Part shown: piece by piece, positions 40,210 to 49,177 of the stretch
Numbering within the stretch: position 1 is the stretch's first letter
Layout: each line of letters begins with the position of its first letter
DNA from: Candidatus Saccharimonadales bacterium
Lineage (GTDB): Bacteria > Patescibacteriota > Saccharimonadia > QS-5-54-17
Assembly: GCA_040903985.1 (NCBI GenBank)
Contig: JBBDUI010000002.1
Span: forward strand, 390,038 to 454,037
Direction: 5' to 3'
Length of the DNA: 64,000 nucleotides
Translations under genes and position numbers: made by a program
The notes under the pieces: generated by a model
Told to the model about the DNA's origin: nothing
The model's database searches: none
What the model saw: the letters and a program-made list of their open reading frames with translations, nothing else

Positions 40210-40271
40210 GGCCCCGGTGTATATGTGTGCTGGGTGCGGTCAAGCACCAGAAGCATCGATACACCGGGGCC
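40210..40271 (-). terminator. stable stem-loop (13-bp stem, nested inner hairpin) downstream of the 40285..40515 gene
   Basis: GGCCCCGGTGTAT (40210-40222) pairs with ATACACCGGGGCC (40259-40271). Inner GGTGC/GCACC pair. A T-containing tract follows in the minus sense. Confidence 0.4.
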
Positions 40272-40284
40272 GGGCGAGAGGTGG

Positions 40285-40515
40285 CTAGGGCGGAGCAGGA
40301 TTGAAACGTACTAGAAACGGCAGATCGGCGCCGGGTATAACCCAGACCAATACCATCATGACGATGACCGCGAACAGGATCGACTTGAAGATGCTGACAC
40401 TAGCCACGAGGCGGGTAAGGGGCAGGTTCTGCGCTACTCTGATGTCATGACGTGCCGATATGACCAGCAGTATCAGGACGAGTAGGAGTAACAGTATGTC
40501 ACCAGTCGTGAACAT
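40285..40515 (-). CDS. small two-TM membrane protein (76 aa), hypothetical
   Basis: Two hydrophobic helices, followed by a hairpin. No homology recognised. Confidence 0.3.
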   Translation of the reverse strand: MFTTGDILLLLLVLILLVISARHDIRVAQNLPLTRLVASVSIFKSILFAVIVMMVLVWVIPGADLPFLVRFNPAPP

Positions 40516-40709
40516 GATGTTTCCTTTCCGGGGCTGCTACGCTCTAACGCGACTGTCAAGGGACTCCACGAACAAAGAGCCGTAGAATGTAGTTATATGA
40601 AACTATAAAGTCAGGTGAATGTAAACGTAGTCGCTTGATAGGAGGATTCTGATTAGTTCAGTCAGGTGGATTGTTGACATTTTCGCCCTTTGTTCGCTAT
40701 ACTCGAGAT

Positions 40710-41327
40710 ATGAAGCAAACATTAACCAAAAAACAGAAGCAGATGCTCGATTACATTCGAGCCTTTGCAGCAGAAAATGGCTACGCGCCAACCTTTCGCG
40801 AGATTATGGATGGACTGCACTACAGTTCGGTAGCTACAGTAGCGCAGCATATCGAGAACCTCGTTAATAAAGGGTTCTTATATAAGCGTAATAACGAAGC
40901 CCGCTCAATTCAGCTGGTCGATGCCGAGGTCGATACCATTGATACGCGTGGCCTGCCGGTTATGGGTATGATTGCGGCCGGGGAGCCGATTACCACCCTG
41001 GATAATCCGAACGAGACCTTGCAGGTGCCGAACTTCATGATTAAAAGCGATACCAGCTACGTGCTCCAGGTCCAGGGAGAGAGTATGATCGAGGACGGTA
41101 TTCTTAGCGGCGACTACATCGTAGTGAGGGAGAATCGAGTACCGCAAAACGGCGATGTAGTAGTAGCGATGATCGGTGGCGACTCTGCTACGCTGAAGCA
41201 TTTCTACCGTGAGGATGGACGGATACGCTTGCAGCCAGCCAATTCAGCCTATGAGCCGATCTATGTGGAGGCAGACGAAGGCCTGGAGATCCAAGGTGTA
41301 GTGACCGGAGTAGTGCGAGCGTATTAG
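40710..41327 (+). CDS. lexA: LexA repressor (S24 peptidase)
   Basis: N-terminal wHTH. Ala-Gly cleavage region (IAAGEP), catalytic GESM (Ser) and ATLKHF (Lys). Preferred ATG at 40710, directly after a TTGACA-N18-TATACT promoter; the ORF-track TTG at 40671 overlaps the -35. Confidence 0.85.
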   Translation: MKQTLTKKQKQMLDYIRAFAAENGYAPTFREIMDGLHYSSVATVAQHIENLVNKGFLYKRNNEARSIQLVDAEVDTIDTRGLPVMGMIAAGEPITTLDNPNETLQVPNFMIKSDTSYVLQVQGESMIEDGILSGDYIVVRENRVPQNGDVVVAMIGGDSATLKHFYREDGRIRLQPANSAYEPIYVEADEGLEIQGVVTGVVRAY

Positions 41328-41394
41328 CTAGAGCCGCCCGTATTTCAAAAAGTTATTTACTGGTCTATAAGTAGTGTATACAATGTAGAGGCAT

Positions 41395-41469
41395 TCCGGA
41401 GTAGCTCAATGGTAGAGCGCCGCCCTGTTAAGGCGATTGTTGTCGGTTCGAATCCGACCTCCGGAGCCA
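41395..41469 (+). tRNA. tRNA-Asn (anticodon GTT)
   Basis: Hand-folded cloverleaf. Acceptor TCCGGAG/CTCCGGA, D-arm GCTC-AATGGTA-GAGC, anticodon loop CTGTTAA, T-arm GTCGG-TTCGAAT-CCGAC, discriminator G, encoded CCA. Confidence 0.85.
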
Positions 41470-41507
41470 GAATTGTAAATACTATATTTTTATGATATAG
41501 TATTTTT

Positions 41508-41951
41508 ATGACTGAAAGAGATTTTTACCCGAAAGACTCTATCGAACAAATTCATGCCCTACAAGAGCAGGTAGCAACAGAGTGTGATGAATACATAGCC
41601 GAAACTAGAGAGCATACCTATCGCGGCAAAGAGGACAAAGAAGTGACTTTTCTAAATAACGGCAGAGTTGTTGAGATATCCAGGGGCATCGTAACCAGTT
41701 GGAATGTTGAATTTGAAGTAGAACGAGAAGATAGGTCGCTATTGCTGTTTGGGCGTAGAGTTAAACCCAAGACGACTTACATCTTACGCGAGAGAGTAAG
41801 TGCCATGTATGGAATGGGTGAACCTAGTGGTATAGACGAATTCAGATTTACTGTGGGAAGCTGTGATCCAGAAGATACTCAAGCTTACGAAGACTCTAGA
41901 GGTAGACTACAAAAATGGTTAGAAATTCATAGAGAGCGTGAGGCTGAATAA
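41508..41951 (+). CDS. hypothetical protein (147 aa), first gene of tRNA-adjacent island
   Basis: ORF only; acidic, no recognised motif. Confidence 0.35.
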   Translation: MTERDFYPKDSIEQIHALQEQVATECDEYIAETREHTYRGKEDKEVTFLNNGRVVEISRGIVTSWNVEFEVEREDRSLLLFGRRVKPKTTYILRERVSAMYGMGEPSGIDEFRFTVGSCDPEDTQAYEDSRGRLQKWLEIHREREAE

Positions 41952-42074
41952 AACGTTCTAACTTCCATTACCACCTGGAGCCAATAGTATGTATGTGACA
42001 AGAAGTCCAGGATATATTTATGCATCTGGGCTTTTTTAAATCCCTGTGTTTTCAACTTGAGGTATGATGAATAT

Positions 42075-42572
42075 ATGACAAATCTGATAATACTAAGAGG
42101 ACCGTCTGCAAGTGACAAAACTACGGTTGCAAAGTTGCTAAAGCAAGCTATGGAGAATAATGTTGCTCTCCTGGACTTCGATGTTTTTAGGGGTGACTTT
42201 CTAGATAAAAAGGGTGAATATTATCCTGCGGCAGCAAAAATGCTTATGGGCACGGCGACTATAGCGCTCGAATCAGGCTATGATGTGATAATCGATGGGT
42301 TCTATAGATCAGAAGACTATCCCGACTTGCTTTCAGATTTGCTTGAGAAGCATCCTGAGAGTAACTTCATTTATTATTTTGATGTTTCGCTAGAAACAAC
42401 CATCCACCGCCACTCCAACAGAGAAAAGTCTAATCAGTTTGGCGAAAAAGAGTTACGACAGTGGTATTACAAGCCGAAAGCATCAGCTATATACGATAAC
42501 GAATATAAAATATCAGAAACATTATCCGCGACTGAAACAGTTGACTTCATAAAAGATAAAATTGTGTCGTAA
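42075..42572 (+). CDS. P-loop kinase-like protein (AAA_33/zeta-toxin/TmrB-like small NTP-dependent kinase)
   Basis: N-terminal IILRGPSASDKTTVAK Walker A about 10 residues from the start. Size 166 aa. Paralogous to the 46500..47027 protein. Confidence 0.55.
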   Translation: MTNLIILRGPSASDKTTVAKLLKQAMENNVALLDFDVFRGDFLDKKGEYYPAAAKMLMGTATIALESGYDVIIDGFYRSEDYPDLLSDLLEKHPESNFIYYFDVSLETTIHRHSNREKSNQFGEKELRQWYYKPKASAIYDNEYKISETLSATETVDFIKDKIVS

Positions 42573-42765
42573 GACATACGGCCGTCCAGGCGTACTGTAG
42601 TTCTAAATCAGTATGTTGAGCCATATTAGAAAATAAATTCGGGCATTCGTCTTGTGCGGTACCCGAATTCTGTATGTGATAAGAGATTTTGACAGTGTGG
42701 CCAGGGGCGCGTTAATGTGCGCGATACCTCTGACCACACTGTCGTCCAGCCTTCTTGTAGATCGC

Positions 42766-43122
42766 TCAGAGCCCCACTTCCATGCCCCAAAAGACATTCG
42801 CTACAAGGCAGTAGAGCAGGAAGAGAAGGCAGCAGGCCATAATCAGGCCTGCTATTGCCATAGCCCCGGCTCCGATTATTAGGACAATTTCAGGGGCATT
42901 ATTCCGGATGGCGAAATCGGTGTAGGCCATGGAGGCGACAGCGACTGTGGCTATAAGCATCGCCGTTGCTACAACCAGGAACACCCCTACAGAAATTTTC
43001 CGTATGGGTGTTATGGTTATGGTTGCACGCCTGTAGAGCGTATCGAATCCGTAGAAGGCCATGAGCAGGATGATTCCGCTGATTCCGACAGACAGAATGG
43101 CAAGCACTCCGTTGAGTTCCAT
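42766..43122 (-). CDS. small four-TM membrane protein, hypothetical
   Basis: 118 aa, four hydrophobic helices. Confidence 0.35.
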   Translation of the reverse strand: MELNGVLAILSVGISGIILLMAFYGFDTLYRRATITITPIRKISVGVFLVVATAMLIATVAVASMAYTDFAIRNNAPEIVLIIGAGAMAIAGLIMACCLLFLLYCLVANVFWGMEVGL

Positions 43123-43317
43123 TGCAGTCTCCTTGTGAAGGTGCTGGTGTATTCTTTTATACTATAAAATTGATGTTGCGTCCAATAATTCGTATTTAGT
43201 ACGAGAATACAAGCCAAGTATAAACGCTCTAGATGTATACTAGAACCAATTTATTCATAACTGAGGGTGAATCTACATCATTTATGTTTTGACATAATGA
43301 GATTATTGTAGCATTTT

Positions 43318-43770
43318 TTGTATATGTCTGAAGTTAATGTTGAACGTCTGGCCCAGTACTCATTAGAGGATGCTGAGCAGCTAGGTAAGCTAATGCCATT
43401 TTTATCCAGTAGCTTTAGTGGCGAGCCGATTGATACCGAGCTCCTAGATGCAATTATCTCTTCTGCTTTTCATGATCAGCTGGTCGCTAGACAGAGAGGT
43501 CGGATTATTGGTGCTGCTACACTTAGCTTGGTAATGGGTGCAGCTGCTGGTAAGAAAGGTTACCTAGAAGATTTTGTTGTGCATCCCGATACACAAGGAC
43601 AAGGAATAGGAATAGGAATATGGGAAGAGATGATCTCCTGGTGTAGAGAACAAGGTGTTAGCACTCTAAATTTTACATCTGCACCTAGTAAAGAGGCTGC
43701 CCATAGGTTTTACCATGCGAATGGTGCTATTGAACGTGATACAACTGTTTTTCGAGTTGATGTTCACTGA
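43318..43770 (+). CDS. GNAT family N-acetyltransferase
   Basis: Motif A QGQGIGIGIWEEM and a C-terminal RFY..NG motif. Confidence 0.7.
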   Translation: MYMSEVNVERLAQYSLEDAEQLGKLMPFLSSSFSGEPIDTELLDAIISSAFHDQLVARQRGRIIGAATLSLVMGAAAGKKGYLEDFVVHPDTQGQGIGIGIWEEMISWCREQGVSTLNFTSAPSKEAAHRFYHANGAIERDTTVFRVDVH

Positions 43771-43896
43771 CCATACGATAGGAAGTTCTAATTTCCGTTA
43801 CTACAAAGAGCCAAGAGTAAGTATAGGTGGCCTAGGAAGTACTTGTTCATTATGCCTATGATTGCAATGTAGCCTAGCTAGGCTACAGTAATAAAT

Positions 43897-44481
43897 ATGA
43901 ATGAAATGATGCCACCTCGCCAAGGCTTTCCGAATAGAACTCCGTGCTGCGAAGTGGAGTCAGAGTTGATTGAGTTACAAGCAGAGATTGATGAATTAGG
44001 GATCGAGGCTTACAGGCAGATCCTAGAAGCACATTTTGCCACCTCAGAACAGGCTCGGTTAAAAGATCTAAACGAAATTGCTGCACAGAAACTATCTGAA
44101 ATCGTAGACTTTGGTAATTCCGCAACTCTCTCTGCAAGATATATCTACGATACGCTTCATAGTTCTGGTGCTAAACCCGAGCTAGTGTACCCAGTAGATA
44201 CACTTCATTGGTCGGCATATATAGAAGGTAGGGTGCTAGGAGTAAAGCAGCTTTTGCTGGAGCACCCCGCCAAGGACAGAAAGGGGCTGATTGGCTATAG
44301 ATCATGCGTTGAGATTGAAGCATCTCGCGTTATGGGCTGGCATGGAGAGGCTGGGAAAGCAGTAGTTATCTATGCACCGATAGGAGAATTGTATACTGGC
44401 GAGATTTCATATAATCAAGGCATAACCGAGGCAGTAGAGCCTGACCCAATCTCAAGCCCTAGCTACATTTTCTTTGGGTAG
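43897..44481 (+). CDS. hypothetical protein (194 aa)
   Basis: ORF only. Confidence 0.35.
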   Translation: MNEMMPPRQGFPNRTPCCEVESELIELQAEIDELGIEAYRQILEAHFATSEQARLKDLNEIAAQKLSEIVDFGNSATLSARYIYDTLHSSGAKPELVYPVDTLHWSAYIEGRVLGVKQLLLEHPAKDRKGLIGYRSCVEIEASRVMGWHGEAGKAVVIYAPIGELYTGEISYNQGITEAVEPDPISSPSYIFFG

Positions 44482-44620
44482 TCAAGCACGAATGTATTAG
44501 TCGAGAGATTATGAGTGTATCATCTTGCTATGATTAGTCTTAGCTTCTTCATATAAATATTTATATGAAAGCTTCGCCATTCCAAGCGGCTTTTTCGAAC
44601 TTTTGTTTTAGAATAAACGT

Positions 44621-44839
44621 ATGGAACCAAAAAGTGTCGTCACGTGTATTCCCTCCAGAGATTTAGACAAGTCTCTTGAATTTTATAAAAAATGCTTCCA
44701 GCTCGAAGCCTTAGAAATTGAGGAGGAGACTATTGTAATTGAGCTCGCAAACCTCAGCCTCTTTGTTATGGGTCAAGAAGTAGCTTACGTCCAAGATCCT
44801 GATGGGCACGTCTGGGAATTAGTTCATGTCATGAAGTAG
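44621..44839 (+). pseudogene. VOC (glyoxalase/bleomycin-resistance) family fragment, about half a domain
   Basis: 72 aa with a VOC-like N-terminal beta-alpha-beta-beta-beta half (SRDLDKSLEFYKK.FQ) but no second half. Confidence 0.35.
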
Positions 44840-44892
44840 CTACTTTTCGTAGTACGTCTACAACCTCGAGCCATATTGACTATAACTAGCTG

Positions 44893-45360
44893 TTGCTAAA
44901 CAAAACTAAAGAGACTACTGGGGCCTCTTTTTGCTATGATAAGATTATGAAAATTGGTGTTGCAGGCAGTATGCAGTTTACAGAACGGATGATGGAGCTG
45001 TGTGAGCAGCTAGAGACTATGGGCCATCAAGCTTTTATGAGTAGATTTGGCCCGGCGTTTGTTGGGAAAACTGATGAGGAAAAAGAAAAGATCAAGCTGG
45101 AGCAAAAATACAATCATGATGCAATCCGAGAGTTTTGGACATCAATGCAAGGTGCAGATGCTTTATTAGTTGCAAATTATGATAAACACAGTATCAGAAA
45201 CTATATTGGCGGTAATACGTTTCTGGAAATGGGATTTGCACACGTGCTTCATCAAAAAATCTACTTACTAAGCCCAATCCCGAAAATGCCTCATTACGAG
45301 ACAGAAATAATAGCTATGCAGCCGATCATAATTAATGGTGATTTAAGCCTTATAGAGTAA
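44893..45360 (+). CDS. SLOG-superfamily protein (nucleoside 2-deoxyribosyltransferase / LOG-like)
   Basis: MKIGVAGSM...ADALLVANYD...GGNTFLEMGFAHVLHQKIYLL resembles the nucleoside 2-deoxyribosyltransferase/LOG Rossmann motifs. An alternative start lies at 44947. Confidence 0.4.
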   Translation: MLNKTKETTGASFCYDKIMKIGVAGSMQFTERMMELCEQLETMGHQAFMSRFGPAFVGKTDEEKEKIKLEQKYNHDAIREFWTSMQGADALLVANYDKHSIRNYIGGNTFLEMGFAHVLHQKIYLLSPIPKMPHYETEIIAMQPIIINGDLSLIE

Positions 45361-45490
45361 GACTTGCTTAAAAACTCTGTTTCTCTACTATTAGTAGCGG
45401 TAGATGTTCGTAACCTGCGTATTAATACGAGCTAAATTAACTTAAACTAACTAATGCTTACTTAAAACTTAATGAAGAAACGGATCTTAA

Positions 45491-46120
45491 CTAAGCTTCT
45501 ACTGTTAGAATAGTTTCAAGGTCCTCATATAATCGCATTGTAATATCTTTGATTATCGGTATATCCTCAATTTTGTGAATGAGCTCTGTTATTTCTTTTG
45601 TTTGTTCTTTATCGAAGCTAAGAGCCGCTAGCACAAGTCGTACGTCAGGTTCTTCGGCTGGACTAGATAACCACTCCTGGATTAATTTATGCCATTTAGT
45701 TAGCTTGACTACAGGTATAGCAAACTCTTCTTCTGCCGGCAAGATATTATCAAAATACCGTATAATCCCGGCTCGATTGCTCAGTTTATCTAGCAGGACC
45801 TTGTCCTCGTAAATCTTCAATGCCTGGGTGATGAACGGAGATTCAGGCAGTATAGTGTAAATGTTGTTTTTAAGAATGAAGCTCTCCCTAGCTTCATCTA
45901 TTAAAGAGTGGTATCTGAATCCAGCTGTGAAGGAGTCGGGTTCATGCTCGATGCTTTCTAGGTTAACCTTCTGAAGGTGTGTTTGTTCACGGCTAACTAC
46001 ATTCAGATATCGAATATCCGGAAAGCTGGTTCCAACTATAAACTCCTCTTTGTTTTTGTCCGGCAAAAAGCTGCTAAGTGCCTTTTGAGAAAGAACTATA
46101 TGTGTGGTTATACCTGCCAT
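45491..46120 (-). CDS. hypothetical protein (209 aa)
   Basis: ORF only, convergent with the SLOG-like gene. Confidence 0.35.
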   Translation of the reverse strand: MAGITTHIVLSQKALSSFLPDKNKEEFIVGTSFPDIRYLNVVSREQTHLQKVNLESIEHEPDSFTAGFRYHSLIDEARESFILKNNIYTILPESPFITQALKIYEDKVLLDKLSNRAGIIRYFDNILPAEEEFAIPVVKLTKWHKLIQEWLSSPAEEPDVRLVLAALSFDKEQTKEITELIHKIEDIPIIKDITMRLYEDLETILTVEA

Positions 46121-46499
46121 AGCCTAGATTATAAACTACGGATTCCACTATTGGCTCAAGTTTCTCAGCTACTTTAGAAGTTAGTAACCTGTGTATTAAA
46201 GGAAGCCAGGTCAAGCAGCTAGTAGTAGATCGGTTTTTCTATGCAATTCTGTACTATTCTCTAAGCTCTCACCACTGCAAATGGTTCGAGTCCGATCGCC
46301 CTCAGATTTGAATTGTGTAGAGTTAATGCTAGACAGTCTAGGTGGATTGAAAATCTGCACTATCTCTATAGTTCAGTTCTATATCCGAACAAAAGGCCAT
46401 ATGACAATTAAGTATTACGAAGGCTGATCGGGTTCTGCGACCTACCCGTCCGATTATTTATAGAGTGAACGACTAATATAATACTGCTATTATTAGCAT

Positions 46500-47027
46500 A
46501 TGACTGATCAGAGACTAATTATCATACGTGGCTATCCGGGCAGCGGTAAAACCACAGTCGGCCAAACGTTAGCTGCACACGGACTGGGCACATTCATAGA
46601 TCACAACGCTATTTTGACATTTCTCGCAAACATAGTTGGCAATGATGAGGGCATGTATGATGAGATCCATACACTAGAACGAGCTATGGCCAGAAAGCTT
46701 TTAGCAGACGGTAAGAGTGCGATTGTAGCTAGGGGGTTCAGTAGACAAAGCTCCATCGACCCTTATCTCGAAATTACTAAGGAGGTTGGGATAGAAGCGT
46801 ATATCTTCAAGCTTAACGCAGATGAAGTCACCCTAAAGAGTCGCGTGGTGGCAGAGGGGAGGAAGAAAGACTTTAACCCAACAACTAGTGAAGAGGCTCT
46901 ATCGGCGTGGATGGCTGAGAATCTACTCGAAGCAGTAGAGGACGAATATGATATTAACGCTAATGAGTCGATCGAGCATGTTGTTAATCAGATTGTTTCT
47001 TTGCTTGGCTCAAGATCGACAAGCTGA
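46500..47027 (+). CDS. P-loop kinase-like protein, paralogue of 42075..42572
   Basis: IIIRGYPGSGKTTVGQ Walker A near the N-terminus, 175 aa, same architecture as the earlier kinase-like gene. Confidence 0.55.
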   Translation: MTDQRLIIIRGYPGSGKTTVGQTLAAHGLGTFIDHNAILTFLANIVGNDEGMYDEIHTLERAMARKLLADGKSAIVARGFSRQSSIDPYLEITKEVGIEAYIFKLNADEVTLKSRVVAEGRKKDFNPTTSEEALSAWMAENLLEAVEDEYDINANESIEHVVNQIVSLLGSRSTS

Positions 47028-47132
47028 GTTATAAGGAAATGTCCAATTTTGTGCCGGACAGTTCCTTATCTCCCATACATCCATGCTCATAAATATTTGC
47101 CATAATACCCCATAGGGGTATATACTTTAATC

Positions 47133-47411
47133 ATGATTGAAGATATTAAAAAGCGAGCGCTTCATCGAGCCAAGATTATCGAAGGACAGATGCGTGGCAT
47201 CCAGAAGATGATTGAGAAGGATGATTACTGCATGGACGTCATTACCCAGAGTCTTGCGGTGCAAAAATCCCTAGGCTCGCTAAACAAGCTTGTTCTGGAG
47301 AATCATTTGCGGACTCATATTAAAGATATGTTTACGGCTGGTGATGTAGATAGAGCCGTGGAAGAACTGCTTGTGGTCTATGAGCTAGGCAAAGTGAGGG
47401 GCAAGTCATGA
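47133..47411 (+). CDS. csoR: CsoR/RcnR family metal-sensing transcriptional repressor
   Basis: RIEGQMRGIQKMIEKDDYCMDVITQ...H..H matches the CsoR family, including the conserved Cys/His ligands. Confidence 0.8.
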   Translation: MIEDIKKRALHRAKIIEGQMRGIQKMIEKDDYCMDVITQSLAVQKSLGSLNKLVLENHLRTHIKDMFTAGDVDRAVEELLVVYELGKVRGKS

Positions 47412-47944
47412 ATCACGACCATCACGATCACTTGCAGCCAGATAGCGCCTTAGCCGTACCTAAAACTCCATGGACCGATTGGTTGCCGTTAATTGTTGTG
47501 ATTGGCTATGTACTTGGATCATCTTTAGTAGTTGCACAGCTGACTGAGTTCTCGCTATTTAATTTGATGGCCTATACGATGGGCTTCTTCTTTGTATTCT
47601 TCTCGCTCTTTAAGTTTATAAACCTTTCGGGTTTTGCAATGGGTTACGCCGAGTACGACATTATATCTAAGCGCTGGTACAGCTGGGGTTATGTTTACCC
47701 ATTTATCGAACTTGGCTTAGGTGTCTTGTACCTACTGGCTATAGATAGTCCATATCTGCATAGCTTCACAATATTAATGTCAATTATCATATGCATTGGT
47801 GTTGGCATTAAATTGGCTAAACGTGAGATGTTTCACTGTGCCTGCCTCGGCACGGTTCTAAAGGTGCCACTTACTAAAGTCAGTCTAATTGAGTACGCCG
47901 TTATGGGCGGCATGGCCATATATATGCTGGCGGGGAGCCTCTAG
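47408..47944 (+). CDS. membrane protein with His-rich N-terminus (HDHHDH) and FHCACLG motif; putative metal-handling protein co-transcribed with csoR
   Basis: Four TM helices. 4-nt overlap with csoR. His-rich N-tail and CxC motif. Confidence 0.4.
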   Translation: MNHDHHDHLQPDSALAVPKTPWTDWLPLIVVIGYVLGSSLVVAQLTEFSLFNLMAYTMGFFFVFFSLFKFINLSGFAMGYAEYDIISKRWYSWGYVYPFIELGLGVLYLLAIDSPYLHSFTILMSIIICIGVGIKLAKREMFHCACLGTVLKVPLTKVSLIEYAVMGGMAIYMLAGSL

Positions 47945-48174
47945 AAACGTACTAAGACCCTGCTGAATGGTTCAAAGCCTGTATGGGAAGCTTTAGGTTA
48001 GACACCACATTAAGCTCGGTGATAGAGGCCGGTGCTTGTCTAGCTCTATAATCTTAGTTCTAGATCAGTGTTTCTAGTATAAATGACGGTAGGTGCGCAA
48101 AATTCAAGGTAGTTCTCTGGAAGACGTAAATACTTGGCAGGTGCTACAATGATTGTAAGTATTAAGGAAAAAAT

Positions 48175-48588
48175 ATGGAGATAAATATAGTAGCAGTAGT
48201 CTCGGCAACCCTAGTAATGTTTGCTATAGGGGCGGTGTGGTATATGGTATTTTTTGCTAATAAGTGGGGCGAGATGCATGGTCTCGGTTCCTTGAGTGAG
48301 AAAGAGCAGAAAGAGATGGCGGCTAGTATGGGCCCGTTTTACGGTTTACAGTTACTGATGACAGTAATTTCAGCGGTAGTACTGGCATACATGATGGCGT
48401 TACTACCCGACATAGCCCCGATGCTGATTGCGTTTTTGGTGTGGGCTGGATTTGTCCTACCGACCGATGTGTCGAGCGTAATCTTTGGCGGCACTAAGGG
48501 TAAGGACATCGCACCAAAAATATTGATTCAGGCAGGCGAGGCACTGGTACGACTCGTGGCTGCGGCACTGGTAATTAGCCTGTTTTAA
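48175..48588 (+). CDS. small membrane protein, DUF1761-like
   Basis: MEINIVAVV...GAVWY N-terminus and overall size resemble DUF1761. Weak. Confidence 0.35.
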   Translation: MEINIVAVVSATLVMFAIGAVWYMVFFANKWGEMHGLGSLSEKEQKEMAASMGPFYGLQLLMTVISAVVLAYMMALLPDIAPMLIAFLVWAGFVLPTDVSSVIFGGTKGKDIAPKILIQAGEALVRLVAAALVISLF

Positions 48589-48609
48589 TTTGCAAAGGGG
48601 GTTGAACGA

Positions 48610-49032
48610 ATGGCATATACGCCAAAGACGAAAGTAACCGATCAGAGCGTCGATGAATTCTTAGAAACAGTTAGTGAAAAGCGACGTGATGAAGCGTATA
48701 GGCTAATAGAGATGATGCAGCGCGTATCGACTGAAGAGCCCAGAATGTGGGGGCCGAGCATGATCGGCTTTGGCAAATATCACTATGTGAGCAAGAGTAA
48801 GTGTGAGGCGGACTGGTTCAAAATCGGCTTTAGCCCCCGCAAGGCAAAAATCTCGCTATATCTCTCATGCGATGCCGATGAGTTCGCCGCCGAGCTGTCC
48901 GAGCTCGGTAAGCACACGCGAGGTAAGGGCTGCATATATGCCAACAAGCTAGAGGACATCGACATGAAGGTGCTAGAGAAAATCGCCAAGCATGCTTATG
49001 AGAGCGCAAAGGATTACGATGCCAGTAAGTAA
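48610..49032 (+). CDS. DUF1801 (YdhG/YdeI-like) domain protein
   Basis: EEPRMWGPSMIGFGKYHY...ISLYL pattern. Confidence 0.5.
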   Translation: MAYTPKTKVTDQSVDEFLETVSEKRRDEAYRLIEMMQRVSTEEPRMWGPSMIGFGKYHYVSKSKCEADWFKIGFSPRKAKISLYLSCDADEFAAELSELGKHTRGKGCIYANKLEDIDMKVLEKIAKHAYESAKDYDASK

Positions 49033-49177
49033 TATTGCGGAGATATAGTAGGGCTGGGCAGTCTATTAATGATTTCTAAGCCGAGAGCATTTAGTCTACA
49101 GGTCATCAAGTAGACATTCGCTATACTCGCTTTTTGCTATAATTAAGGCGGTATTCTAATAACCAAAGGGGTGTGGA

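Noticed and set aside
44621-44839. Treating the 72-aa VOC-like ORF as an intact glyoxalase
   Set aside because: VOC domains need two beta-alpha-beta-beta-beta halves (roughly 120 aa or more). Only one half is present, so it is called a fragment or pseudogene rather than a functional enzyme.
46226-46305. Possible complete tRNA in the 46121-46499 spacer
   Set aside because: Only a T-arm-like segment is present. No complementary acceptor 5' strand or anticodon arm could be folded. Kept only as a possible relic, reported as a finding.
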